Below are positions 29,103 through 37,472 of a DNA stretch of 64,000 bases, piece by piece; within the stretch, counting starts at the first letter, position 1, and every line of letters starts with the position of its first letter. A program made the translations under genes and the position numbers. The notes under the pieces were generated by a model. That model saw only the letters and a program-made list of their open reading frames with translations, had not been told where the DNA came from and searched no databases. This stretch comes from a virus (lineage: Duplodnaviria; Caudoviricetes), in the IMG/VR virus record IMGVR_UViG_3300011678_000001, positions 192,001-256,000 of that record, one strand, 5' to 3'.

Positions 29103-29544
29103 CTTTTCTCACCTCCAAAACCACTAGGCCATCACAGTACTCTACCGCACGACAGGCCATGTCGAAGTTTTCCAACAGGCCACGGAATGCGGTTTTGAGG
29201 GCGCGCGAGACTTCATGTACATCTGACAGGTGCATCATCCGACGTTCGGGGGATGTCCTTTCAAGCCAACTGCGTCCTGCGGGTGTGGCCAATATTTCCA
29301 TTGACGTGAGCCCACAATTGATCATCTCAATCATGGGGATCATGATCCCAATTTTCCCAAGCTTTCGATAAAAACGCTTAAACACATCATGGCCCATGGG
29401 AGACTCGACCATCACGTACTTGACCATACCGGGACCGGTATTGATCGTGCAGCGTGCAATCTTGTACGGCTCATAAGCTTGAGGATAGCTCTTCGATGGC
29501 TCGGCGTAAACGTTCGGGATAGTAATCACCTTGCGTCCGCGCAT
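29059..29544 (-). CDS. hypothetical protein, paralog array member
   Basis: 161 aa; start uncertain. Confidence 0.5.
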   Translation of the reverse strand: MRGRKVITIPNVYAEPSKSYPQAYEPYKIARCTINTGPGMVKYVMVESPMGHDVFKRFYRKLGKIGIMIPMIEMINCGLTSMEILATPAGRSWLERTSPERRMMHLSDVHEVSRALKTAFRGLLENFDMACRAVEYCDGLVVLEVRKVVDWNQLNRFDLTV

Positions 29545-29908
29545 GCTGATACTCTTCCTTAATTCGACCTACAGGGTCTGGCTGACCCACCCGTCTGGGT
29601 GTGACTACGATGGCTTCACTGTTTGGGTCGTATTGTAGTTCCGCCACCTCGATCCGAGGGTCGACGAAGCGATCAACCAACCCTAGGAAACCTGCAATGA
29701 TAATGTCGAACGGCGAGTAGTCATCCAGGCGTCCGCCGAACAACTCAATCACCACACCAATCAGGTCATCGCCCTGCGACTGGTTATAGCTTTCCACTAA
29801 CGCCTGAACCGTGTCAGGCACTTCTCGTGGGAAGTCAAGGGCATTGTGCGCATCCATGAGCGCCGTGATGGTGTTTTCCAACTCAGAGGTTGACACGAGG
29901 TATTGCAT
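29471..29908 (-). CDS. hypothetical protein, paralog array member
   Basis: 145 aa with AGGAGG RBS. Confidence 0.65.
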   Translation of the reverse strand: MQYLVSTSELENTITALMDAHNALDFPREVPDTVQALVESYNQSQGDDLIGVVIELFGGRLDDYSPFDIIIAGFLGLVDRFVDPRIEVAELQYDPNSEAIVVTPRRVGQPDPVGRIKEEYQHARTQGDYYPERLRRAIEELSSSL

Positions 29909-29922
29909 CAGAGCCTCCTACG

Positions 29923-30540
29923 TTAGTAGCGTTTGAGGGCGTCAGCGTAGATCTGCTTGACCATGTCCCGCGTGGGTTCATGAGAGATGCCTTTGAAGGT
30001 CTCAGCCAGGACACGTTGAATGTACTGTTCGTAGACCTCCAGGTCACCTTCCTCAAACGGCTGCACAGGTGGCTTTGGCGGCGTCAGTTGGCGCAATTGC
30101 AGCAAGGCATCGCTGTAACGCTCGGCCAGGATGTCCCCTTCGATGTTGATCAGCAGGTCTTCGGAGTGCTCCGGCAGCTGGAACGTCACCGAACGGCGAT
30201 CCAAGTGTTTGCTCACCGCTTCAACCAACGGATCGAAGAAGAGCACCAGATTCAGGTAGAAGTCATCGACCTCAATGGCCAGGTCATCTACCGCGGTTTC
30301 AGCCATGGTCTTGATGGGGTAGCCTAACGCATCCAGCAACACCAACACCGGGTCTGGCTTCTTGCGCACATGGCGCATGGAGGACAGGATGTATGCCTGA
30401 GCAAACTCACCGGCAGCTTTGGCCAGCGTCTTGGTGCGCTGTGGGCCCTGATCCGCGACGAAATGACCGCGTGGCCAGATAGCCAGCGATCCGTCGAGGT
30501 ATGAAATCAAATCTGATAATGGTATCCGGATTAACTGCAC
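29923..30540 (-). CDS. hypothetical protein, paralog array member
   Basis: 205 aa with AGGAG RBS and GTG start. Confidence 0.65.
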   Translation of the reverse strand: MQLIRIPLSDLISYLDGSLAIWPRGHFVADQGPQRTKTLAKAAGEFAQAYILSSMRHVRKKPDPVLVLLDALGYPIKTMAETAVDDLAIEVDDFYLNLVLFFDPLVEAVSKHLDRRSVTFQLPEHSEDLLINIEGDILAERYSDALLQLRQLTPPKPPVQPFEEGDLEVYEQYIQRVLAETFKGISHEPTRDMVKQIYADALKRY

Positions 30541-30550
30541 GTGCTCACTC

Positions 30551-30889
30551 CTAATTAAGTGACGTGATCTTGATAATGACTAAGACGTCAGTCGTCATCT
30601 CGATAGCCAGCACGTATTCCCGTAAATGAGAAAGAGTGTGCTCATCAAGTTGGCAGACGAAATTCAGCTCATACCGCTTCTGTAGACGGCGAATCAACTC
30701 GTACTGTCTCTCCAATGAAGCACAGTGTGGCGCCCTCGGAATCAGTGTGAGTCTCCCCACGCTGACCAAATCCGATTCGATCACATACTGCCATGCAAGA
30801 GGCGATAGGTCGTTATCCCTGTCTAGGGTACTGGTAAGAGAAGAAACGTCGAAGATGAAGCCTATAGGGCCTTTAAAATCGATATTCAT
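30551..30889 (-). CDS. hypothetical protein, first gene of the array
   Basis: 112 aa with GGGGGAG RBS. Confidence 0.6.
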   Translation of the reverse strand: MNIDFKGPIGFIFDVSSLTSTLDRDNDLSPLAWQYVIESDLVSVGRLTLIPRAPHCASLERQYELIRRLQKRYELNFVCQLDEHTLSHLREYVLAIEMTTDVLVIIKITSLN

Positions 30890-30991
30890 GGCTCCCCCTA
30901 CACAATACGGCCTTGCGGTATCTTTTTACCCGGTTACAGGCGTAAAAAATAAAGCCAGGAGACGAGGTGATCGTCTCCTTTATGCCGTCGC

Positions 30992-31198
30992 TTAACTGAA
31001 GCTGGGGAAGCCATCATCGCCGGCCGGATTGATCTTATTCAAAGCGGGACCGTGCTTGTTATAATCGTAGCTCTCCTCTGGAAATTCATGGTGCCAATCG
31101 CCTGTGACGCAGCGATGACACTTATAACCCGGTGAGGTTTGCGGGGTGCTGTGAATCGAGTCGCAATTCGAGCAGCATTCACATTCAAATACATGCAT
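30992..31198 (-). CDS. small Cys-rich (Zn-binding) protein, 68 aa
   Basis: MHVFECECCSNCD...CHRC...WH; AAGGA RBS; terminator at 30958-30987. Confidence 0.7.
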   Translation of the reverse strand: MHVFECECCSNCDSIHSTPQTSPGYKCHRCVTGDWHHEFPEESYDYNKHGPALNKINPAGDDGFPSFS

Positions 31199-31209
31199 TT
31201 GTTTGTTCC

Positions 31210-31947
31210 TTAAAGGTAATTCCAATCCGGTCTGTTTTCAGACTTAAGACGGTAAGCTATTGTTGATTCACCTAGTCCAAGTATTTTAGCCGCAGTAGCT
31301 ATACTCGGGTAGGACACACCTTCAATTACAATTGCCTTTTGGCACGTTTCTAACTGTCTGGCTCTTGCCGTAGGTGTGAAATGAACTTCGCGGCGGGCAT
31401 TTGCCTCATTCATCTTCTGGCGCGTCTCGGGACTGATTCCTCCATTGCGGTGCCATGCTTCTGACATCTTCCGACGAGTTTCTTCGGAGGCAGGGCCTTG
31501 AGCAGCACGTGCCTTTGCCATATTGGCAATCACCTGTTCTCTAGGGCGGGCAAAGTTCATCTGCCTAACACGTTCGACATTTTGAGGCTGTAGAGCAAAC
31601 CTGCGAGACGCCTCTATTAAATGGTGCCGGTATTCTTCAGGCATGCCGCCTGCCCACACGCCTGTAGACCCTGTCCCTATATTAGCAAACAATGGGTCGC
31701 CTGCGTGGAAATCGAGCAGTGATTGCTCGTGACGACGTGCTGAATCTAATGTCGAATATTCTACATACTCGATCTGGATGTTGTGCCAGCCGGAGTAAGA
31801 CCGTTGAAAAATATGGTTATCGTGGACTCCCCTATTTAACTTCGATCTATGGCTGCTAAGTCTGGCACTAAGATTACCTGTACTTCCGACATAGAACATT
31901 CCCGTCACTACGTCAGTTAAGACGTACGCAGCAGGAATGCTACGCAC
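31210..31947 (-). CDS. free-standing GIY-YIG homing endonuclease 1
   Basis: AAYVL..FYVGST..RLSSH..E..N core, NUMOD3 (SEETRRKMSEA) and C-terminal HTH; GGAG RBS, GTG start. Confidence 0.88.
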   Translation of the reverse strand: MRSIPAAYVLTDVVTGMFYVGSTGNLSARLSSHRSKLNRGVHDNHIFQRSYSGWHNIQIEYVEYSTLDSARRHEQSLLDFHAGDPLFANIGTGSTGVWAGGMPEEYRHHLIEASRRFALQPQNVERVRQMNFARPREQVIANMAKARAAQGPASEETRRKMSEAWHRNGGISPETRQKMNEANARREVHFTPTARARQLETCQKAIVIEGVSYPSIATAAKILGLGESTIAYRLKSENRPDWNYL

Positions 31948-32040
31948 CGTTTACTCCAAAAATCGAACACATATTAAGTTACTCCAAGAGGAAGGGATTG
32001 CTGGTCACATGGGTAATATGTGACCAGCGTAAAGTGGAAG

Positions 32041-32685
32041 TTACTCGCTAACCGGGACGGGTTCGGGACTTGTCTCTGCTCTCGAAGGCCACCGGCGCGG
32101 GCGGAATAGCGGTTTCATCTTGAGGTTGGGCAGCCCCAGCATGCTGACCGGCTCGATGACGATCGGTGCCCAGGCTTGATTGAACTGTTCCTCGGGCGTA
32201 TCAGCAACGCTCATCCAAGGAATGACCTTTACCGTGCCTTCATTGTTGAGGATGTGCAGCTCCCCACGATTGTGGTTACGGATGAGGATGGCTTCTTGGA
32301 AATTCGGGACTTCCAAGGCCTCGATGGGCTCGACGGGCATGGCGCGAAGCACACGCAGACGGTTGGACAAGGAAGTCAGTTCGTTGTCCAGGATGTAGCC
32401 CTTACGGAAGACCTTCGCAGGCTTCATGAGGACATTCGTGCGTCCCATTTCCCGAAGGAGGGCAGTTCGACGAACACCCATGCCGCCAGGCAGACGACAC
32501 TCGCCGCCAGTGGTTTCATCATACACCGTGAGGTGGTCGACACCTCCGCGCTTTGCAAAACGGAGCAGCTTGTCACGGAACGCCATCTTGGCGGGCGTAC
32601 CCAAGACAAACCAGCGCGTGTTCTGGTAGTTGGCATTGGTGAGCAGTTGACGGCGGTAGTTTTCAATGTTCTCGGCGTAGCTCAT
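32041..32685 (-). CDS. hypothetical protein, tandem paralog A
   Basis: Shares M(S/A)YAEN, IRN...GELH...GTVKVIPW and PLFR.PR-like motifs with 32722..33345. Confidence 0.7.
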   Translation of the reverse strand: MSYAENIENYRRQLLTNANYQNTRWFVLGTPAKMAFRDKLLRFAKRGGVDHLTVYDETTGGECRLPGGMGVRRTALLREMGRTNVLMKPAKVFRKGYILDNELTSLSNRLRVLRAMPVEPIEALEVPNFQEAILIRNHNRGELHILNNEGTVKVIPWMSVADTPEEQFNQAWAPIVIEPVSMLGLPNLKMKPLFRPRRWPSRAETSPEPVPVSE

Positions 32686-32721
32686 GGTGGAACTCCTTTA
32701 AACAAATCGACTGTTGGCGTG

Positions 32722-33345
32722 TTACGGGGTTGTAACAGGTCTACGGTTCATGCGGGGTTGACGGAAGAGCGGCCTGAATATGAACGAGGGAGTGAAAAAT
32801 CGCCCGAAGGTGTCGCACTGAAGGTTATTCCAGGCTTCGTAGAAGACTGTGTCCGTGAGGCCTTCACGCATCACCCAAGGAATGACCTTCACCGTACCTG
32901 TGCGATCACGAACATGCAGCTCACCCTGCTTGCCATTACGGATAACCACCAGTGACTCGATGTGGTCGACCTGTATGAGCTCAAACGGCACCACCGGCAC
33001 GATCCCTTCAATGTTCATGCGTCGGTGTAGGCCGATCAGATAGGCAGGGTGGTTCACGATCCGCCGTGACACCTTGGGAGCTTTACGGCCAATCGATGTG
33101 GAACCGGTTTTGCGCATCATTTCCTTGCGCTTCTTGCCGGCCCACCCTATCTTCAGGTCCTCTTCAGTGACCTTGTCAATCGCACTCAAAAACACGTTAA
33201 CGCCAGACTGATCAGCATAACGGCGCAGTTTGGCAGTGAGTGCCTCATAGCTGGGTTTGCGGTACCCTCCATACATTAACGTCTGACGCTGCTGGCAACG
33301 AGACAGCTGAAACAGAGTGCGTTTAACATTCTCGGCGTAGGCCAT
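32722..33345 (-). CDS. hypothetical protein, tandem paralog B
   Basis: See paralog A; GAGGAG RBS. Confidence 0.7.
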   Translation of the reverse strand: MAYAENVKRTLFQLSRCQQRQTLMYGGYRKPSYEALTAKLRRYADQSGVNVFLSAIDKVTEEDLKIGWAGKKRKEMMRKTGSTSIGRKAPKVSRRIVNHPAYLIGLHRRMNIEGIVPVVPFELIQVDHIESLVVIRNGKQGELHVRDRTGTVKVIPWVMREGLTDTVFYEAWNNLQCDTFGRFFTPSFIFRPLFRQPRMNRRPVTTP

Positions 33346-33355
33346 GTATCACTCC

Positions 33356-34060
33356 TCAGATCAGCAGGTTAGTCTGCAAGCCATCGTCATCGGACTTGTC
33401 AAAGTCCTGAAGCTCTTTGGCCAGCTTCTGTGCCGCTTCCAGTGTCTTGGTTTCACGGAACTCGACTTGCAGGTCACGCCAGGAGGTGTATTCCTGTTGG
33501 AACTCGAGGTTCTCGTGCTTGCCGTATTCGAGCTTGAGGTTGTTCAGTTGCACGTCGTAGTCGGCGTCTTCAGTGGCGAAGATGATCGACTGATCGGACT
33601 TGGGTTCTACGATCCGCACCACACCCACCCGCGGAGGCAATACTTCGAAGGCAGGGTCGGTGACTTCCAACCACCAGTCCGGCACTGGGAACTCATCGGT
33701 GAACTCGTAGCGGGAAACGTTCTCATCCATGACGACCATCTCGATCGCTTCTGGCCAGAAGGTCAGCAGTTCCTCACTGGATTCGACGTAGGCCATCAAC
33801 TGCGCATGGGTATCGGCCATTTCAGTCAGCCAATACGGGTGCATGAAGGGCCAGGCAATCGGGCGGACATCCTGAGTATAGTCCGGGTCATTGAGGTAAC
33901 GCTCAGCGACTGGCAGCTTGAAAGTGATGAGCAGCAGGCGTGCGCCACCGGGTACATTGACGTAGTGGGTTTGGCCGGTCTTCTGCACAGGCTGCATGAC
34001 GTACATGGGCTTACCATCGGCATCATAGATGGTGTTGGCGGGATCGTTACGACGGTTCAT
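33356..34060 (-). CDS. two-domain protein with an inactive GIY-YIG-like C-terminal domain
   Basis: KLEYGKHENLEFQQEYTSWRDLQVEF..TLEAA aligns with GIY-YIG 1. Confidence 0.65.
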   Translation of the reverse strand: MNRRNDPANTIYDADGKPMYVMQPVQKTGQTHYVNVPGGARLLLITFKLPVAERYLNDPDYTQDVRPIAWPFMHPYWLTEMADTHAQLMAYVESSEELLTFWPEAIEMVVMDENVSRYEFTDEFPVPDWWLEVTDPAFEVLPPRVGVVRIVEPKSDQSIIFATEDADYDVQLNNLKLEYGKHENLEFQQEYTSWRDLQVEFRETKTLEAAQKLAKELQDFDKSDDDGLQTNLLI

Positions 34061-34089
34061 GGTGTGGCTCCTTCTGGGTGAGAATTAGG

Positions 34090-34509
34090 TTAAATATACG
34101 TGTCGAGGTAGTCTGTCAGCTGGTCCACCGTGTGAACAGGCCGATGCAGGCGGTTGTCACGGTCGGTCAGGTGAATAGCGATCTTGTGGGTGTCGGCTGC
34201 TTTGACCAACTTGTTCCACAACACGCTGTCACGGCTTTGTTCGTGAGGCTTGTGGTGTTCGCTGCTGTCATAGACGACGTACGTCTGATCGTCGCGGTCC
34301 ATGAACCCGGCTGAGTAAAAGATGGTGCCGTCATGGTCGTGCTGATACAACTGGACGACTACGTAAGAATCGCCCAAGAGAGAACGGACCTTCTGGAACG
34401 GCACAATCAAATTGTGCAATGCCTGATCGGTGGACTCGGCAATCTTTTTCGCGAGCGCCTCGATTCCTTCGGGGGTTTTCACTGACTCGATTAAAGTGGT
34501 GATTGTCAT
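34090..34509 (-). CDS. hypothetical protein
   Basis: 139 aa with GGAGG RBS. Confidence 0.65.
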   Translation of the reverse strand: MTITTLIESVKTPEGIEALAKKIAESTDQALHNLIVPFQKVRSLLGDSYVVVQLYQHDHDGTIFYSAGFMDRDDQTYVVYDSSEHHKPHEQSRDSVLWNKLVKAADTHKIAIHLTDRDNRLHRPVHTVDQLTDYLDTYI

Positions 34510-34559
34510 CCTTGCCTCCCGGCATAAGGACAGCGGGATTGCTCCCGCTGTCGATCGGC

Positions 34560-35552
34560 TTAGAAGATCAGACCGGTGTCCGATGCTTCATCGTTGTCGC
34601 CTGCAAAGGTCACGGCGCTGGCGCGGGTCTTGCGCTGCATTTCCATTTCCTTCTTCAGACTTTCCAGCTCGGTGCGGATCTCGGAGAACGAGGTGTTCTC
34701 GATACCGAAGAACAGGCTGGTGTTCGATTGCGCCACGGCTGGCATGAAGCCATCGCAGCTGTACGGCACGAAGATGCTCGGCTGAAGGTCGTCTTGATCG
34801 CGCTTGAGGTAGGCAGCCGAGATCGGGTCCTTCATGTTGGACTCAAAGCCCTTGATGGTGTCGTACACGTGGATGCGCGACAGTTGGGCCGGGACGTCCG
34901 TGGACTTGTTGAAGAACACGAAGCTCTTGATGTCTGCAGTATCGAGACCGTGGTTACGGCGGCTGCACAGCATCGCCAAGGAGGCGATCATCAGGTGGGC
35001 TTCTTTGTCGATGGCCGAGCGCGGCACATCCGGACGGTTCATGCCGAACTGAATGACGACCGGCTTGTCGACCGCACGACTGATGGCATCGAGGGTCTTC
35101 ATGGTGCCGATGGTGTTTTCAGCGGTCTTGATCGACTCGTACGAGCCGGTCACAACACCAACGGTCACATGGCCGTCTTCGAGCAGCTGCTTCATGATCA
35201 GCGGCCCAGCCACCGAACCCGTACCGCCGGAGGCGGTGAAGATTACGATGTTCAGGTCAGCAGGCTTGAACTTTCGCAGGATGTCCGGCACCGCTTTGGC
35301 AATGGTCTTGTCATTGCTGTTGCGGATCTTGCCCGAGCCATCGAGGTCGGTGAAGAGCCAGGTGTTCTCGACCAGGCGATCATCGAGGTTGGAATCGGAG
35401 GTGTCGATGCAGGCCAGTTGGAAGTTGGCGATGTCGGCACTGTGGCCCTCGTGGAAGCTGAGGTATTCCTTACCGAGGTTGATTCCCCCACCCCCGCACG
35501 CATACACCCTGATAGTACCCACGGGCCGAGTGCTTAGTCCTGTTGTTGTCAT
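34560..35552 (-). CDS. phuZ: phage tubulin PhuZ
   Basis: ACGGGGIN, IDTS, DGSGK, SGGTGS tubulin signature, LDTAD T7 loop and acidic tail ending GLIF. Confidence 0.95.
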   Translation of the reverse strand: MTTTGLSTRPVGTIRVYACGGGGINLGKEYLSFHEGHSADIANFQLACIDTSDSNLDDRLVENTWLFTDLDGSGKIRNSNDKTIAKAVPDILRKFKPADLNIVIFTASGGTGSVAGPLIMKQLLEDGHVTVGVVTGSYESIKTAENTIGTMKTLDAISRAVDKPVVIQFGMNRPDVPRSAIDKEAHLMIASLAMLCSRRNHGLDTADIKSFVFFNKSTDVPAQLSRIHVYDTIKGFESNMKDPISAAYLKRDQDDLQPSIFVPYSCDGFMPAVAQSNTSLFFGIENTSFSEIRTELESLKKEMEMQRKTRASAVTFAGDNDEASDTGLIF

Positions 35553-35584
35553 GTGTATCTCCTCACTATGGTAGTTACTGCTGA

Positions 35585-36283
35585 TTATTTAGATCGATTA
35601 ATTCGACCGTGTAAGGTGGAGGTTGGAATGCCCAGAATCCTAGAAGCGTCAACTAGGCTCGGGTAACACACTCCTTCGTAAACTATTTCTTTCTTTCGAC
35701 TTTCCGCCTGGCGGAGCTTAAGGTCTGGATCGTCAATGTACTTTTGCCGAAGTCCCTCTGAGACAGATCGTTTGGTTTCAACTGATCGCTGCCGCCCAAC
35801 GTGTTTAGCTCTGAACTCCGGATCTTTCCACAATTCCTTAGAGCGCTCTGACTGTACCTGCCTGGCTGCTTCGTCGGAAAACTGGCGACGAGTAGCCTCG
35901 CTCAGCTTCCTCTTGGCCTCTTCAGGGACCGGGACACCTAATCCTGTTCGACGGGCATCGGTAGCTACGTTAAACAGTCTGCCTTGACTATGGCCGGCGT
36001 CCAGCAAATGCTGTTCAATGTCAAGCGCTTCTTCTTTACTTTCGGCTTTAATGAAACCCAGGTCGAAACGAGGATCGTCATCATAAGCCTTTTGTAAATT
36101 TGGGTTCCGGTGAGTCCCGTCTTTCAAACGGTTCTTGTGCTGATTAATGCGGGTATATAGATTATGCGTGCTGCCGACATATGCCCTGCCTGTCTTTTGG
36201 TGAGTCAGGACATAAGCCGCTGGAAATGAATGTTCTTTCCTTGTCGGTTTGCCCCTCAGAGAAGCAAGAACTATGTCGTTCAT
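35585..36283 (-). CDS. free-standing GIY-YIG homing endonuclease 2
   Basis: AAYVL..YVGST..RINQH..E..FN core, NUMOD3-like repeats and C-terminal HTH. Confidence 0.88.
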   Translation of the reverse strand: MNDIVLASLRGKPTRKEHSFPAAYVLTHQKTGRAYVGSTHNLYTRINQHKNRLKDGTHRNPNLQKAYDDDPRFDLGFIKAESKEEALDIEQHLLDAGHSQGRLFNVATDARRTGLGVPVPEEAKRKLSEATRRQFSDEAARQVQSERSKELWKDPEFRAKHVGRQRSVETKRSVSEGLRQKYIDDPDLKLRQAESRKKEIVYEGVCYPSLVDASRILGIPTSTLHGRINRSK

Positions 36284-36286
36284 CGC

Positions 36287-36361
36287 TTACACCCCTGTAT
36301 TGTCCCCGCACGCAAAAATCCTGATAGTGCCTACGGGGCGAGTGGAGAGACCAGTACTCAT
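36287..36361 (-). pseudogene. orphaned 5' fragment of phuZ (24-aa mini-ORF)
   Basis: MSTGLSTRPVGTIRIFACGDNTGV* versus PhuZ MTTTGLSTRPVGTIRVYACGGGG; has its own GAAGGA RBS. Confidence 0.9.
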
Positions 36362-36424
36362 GGAGGATGTTCCTTCTTTGGGTTGCTTGGGTTGTGTTGG
36401 TTTAGAACGGGTATTGACGCAAGG

Positions 36425-36452
36425 ATAATGTATCATTACATCGGATTCGATT
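36425..36452 (-). promoter_or_regulatory. putative early promoter of the phuZ unit
   Basis: AATCGAA-N13-TACATTAT. Confidence 0.6.
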
Positions 36453-36586
36453 AGGTTCGTGGAAAATCTAAAGGGGTTAGAGCAGGGCTACGGTCAGATC
36501 GTATGTATGAGGTCGGTATAACGACTTAATGAATTGTCTGCCCCGCCTACAAGTTTCATATTAACCATCCATTAGGAGAATTCATA

Positions 36587-37414
36587 ATGGTAGATTTAGT
36601 GACCGTGGCTCTTGACCGCGTTAAATTCGAGGTGCCCTCGGAGGTGCTGCGCTATACATTCTCTCCGACCCGTTACGATCCCTCCAAGGAAGGGTTGATC
36701 CGTGACTTCAGTACCGGTATCAGCAATGACACCGTGATCCGGCGTCAGGTCGTAGAAGCCCGCGTGCTGGTGGACATCAACCTCTGCACCGGTGTGGAGG
36801 TGTTCATTCCACTGGTCAATGTGCAAGCTGATCGCATTGACAACTGGACGTACGTCTACCGTATCCCGAAAGAACTGACCCAAGGTCGCAGCATTACCGA
36901 AGTGTACGGCTTGGCTTACGGCATGGGCAATACGCTGGGCAATGTGGGAGTGATCTCAGAAGACCGTTCGATGGTGTTGGAAGCCGCGGCCGGGTTGCTG
37001 CAATCCAATTCGGCGTGGACTCAGGTCCAGACGGCGTACTGCACACTCGTGGCGGACAATACGGTCATGGTCACTAACATGAACCGTGTACCGGGCATTG
37101 CCTTCTTGCGCTGCATGGTCAGTCATGAACCGAACCTTGCCAACATCTCAAACATCTACGCCGATGTCTTCAGCGAATTGGTGATCCTGGCCACCAAAGC
37201 GTTCATCTACAACCGAACCATTATCCAGCTGGATGAGGGTGCGATTCGAGGTGGTGCGTCGCTCGGGCGGATTCGTGAGATCGTTGACTCCTACGCTGAT
37301 TCTAACCAGATGTACAAAGAGCATCTGCGGGACCGTTGGCGGAAAGCAGGCACTATGGCGAACAAAGAACAGAACCGTCGCCTTATGCGCTATACTGTTG
37401 GGTCACGCAGGTGA
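36587..37414 (+). CDS. conserved putative virion protein
   Basis: 275 aa with AGGAG RBS and upstream TATG motifs; function not established. Confidence 0.6.
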   Translation: MVDLVTVALDRVKFEVPSEVLRYTFSPTRYDPSKEGLIRDFSTGISNDTVIRRQVVEARVLVDINLCTGVEVFIPLVNVQADRIDNWTYVYRIPKELTQGRSITEVYGLAYGMGNTLGNVGVISEDRSMVLEAAAGLLQSNSAWTQVQTAYCTLVADNTVMVTNMNRVPGIAFLRCMVSHEPNLANISNIYADVFSELVILATKAFIYNRTIIQLDEGAIRGGASLGRIREIVDSYADSNQMYKEHLRDRWRKAGTMANKEQNRRLMRYTVGSRR

Positions 37415-37472
37415 CAAAAGAAAAATGAACTAGGAGGAGAGGGGAGTCTCTCCCCTCTCTATGCCGCCTCAC

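Noticed and set aside
35553-36286. Intron or intein interpretation of the GIY-YIG gene at phuZ
   Set aside because: No group I P/Q/R/S elements or space for a ribozyme core; downstream phuZ is complete with its own RBS and ATG
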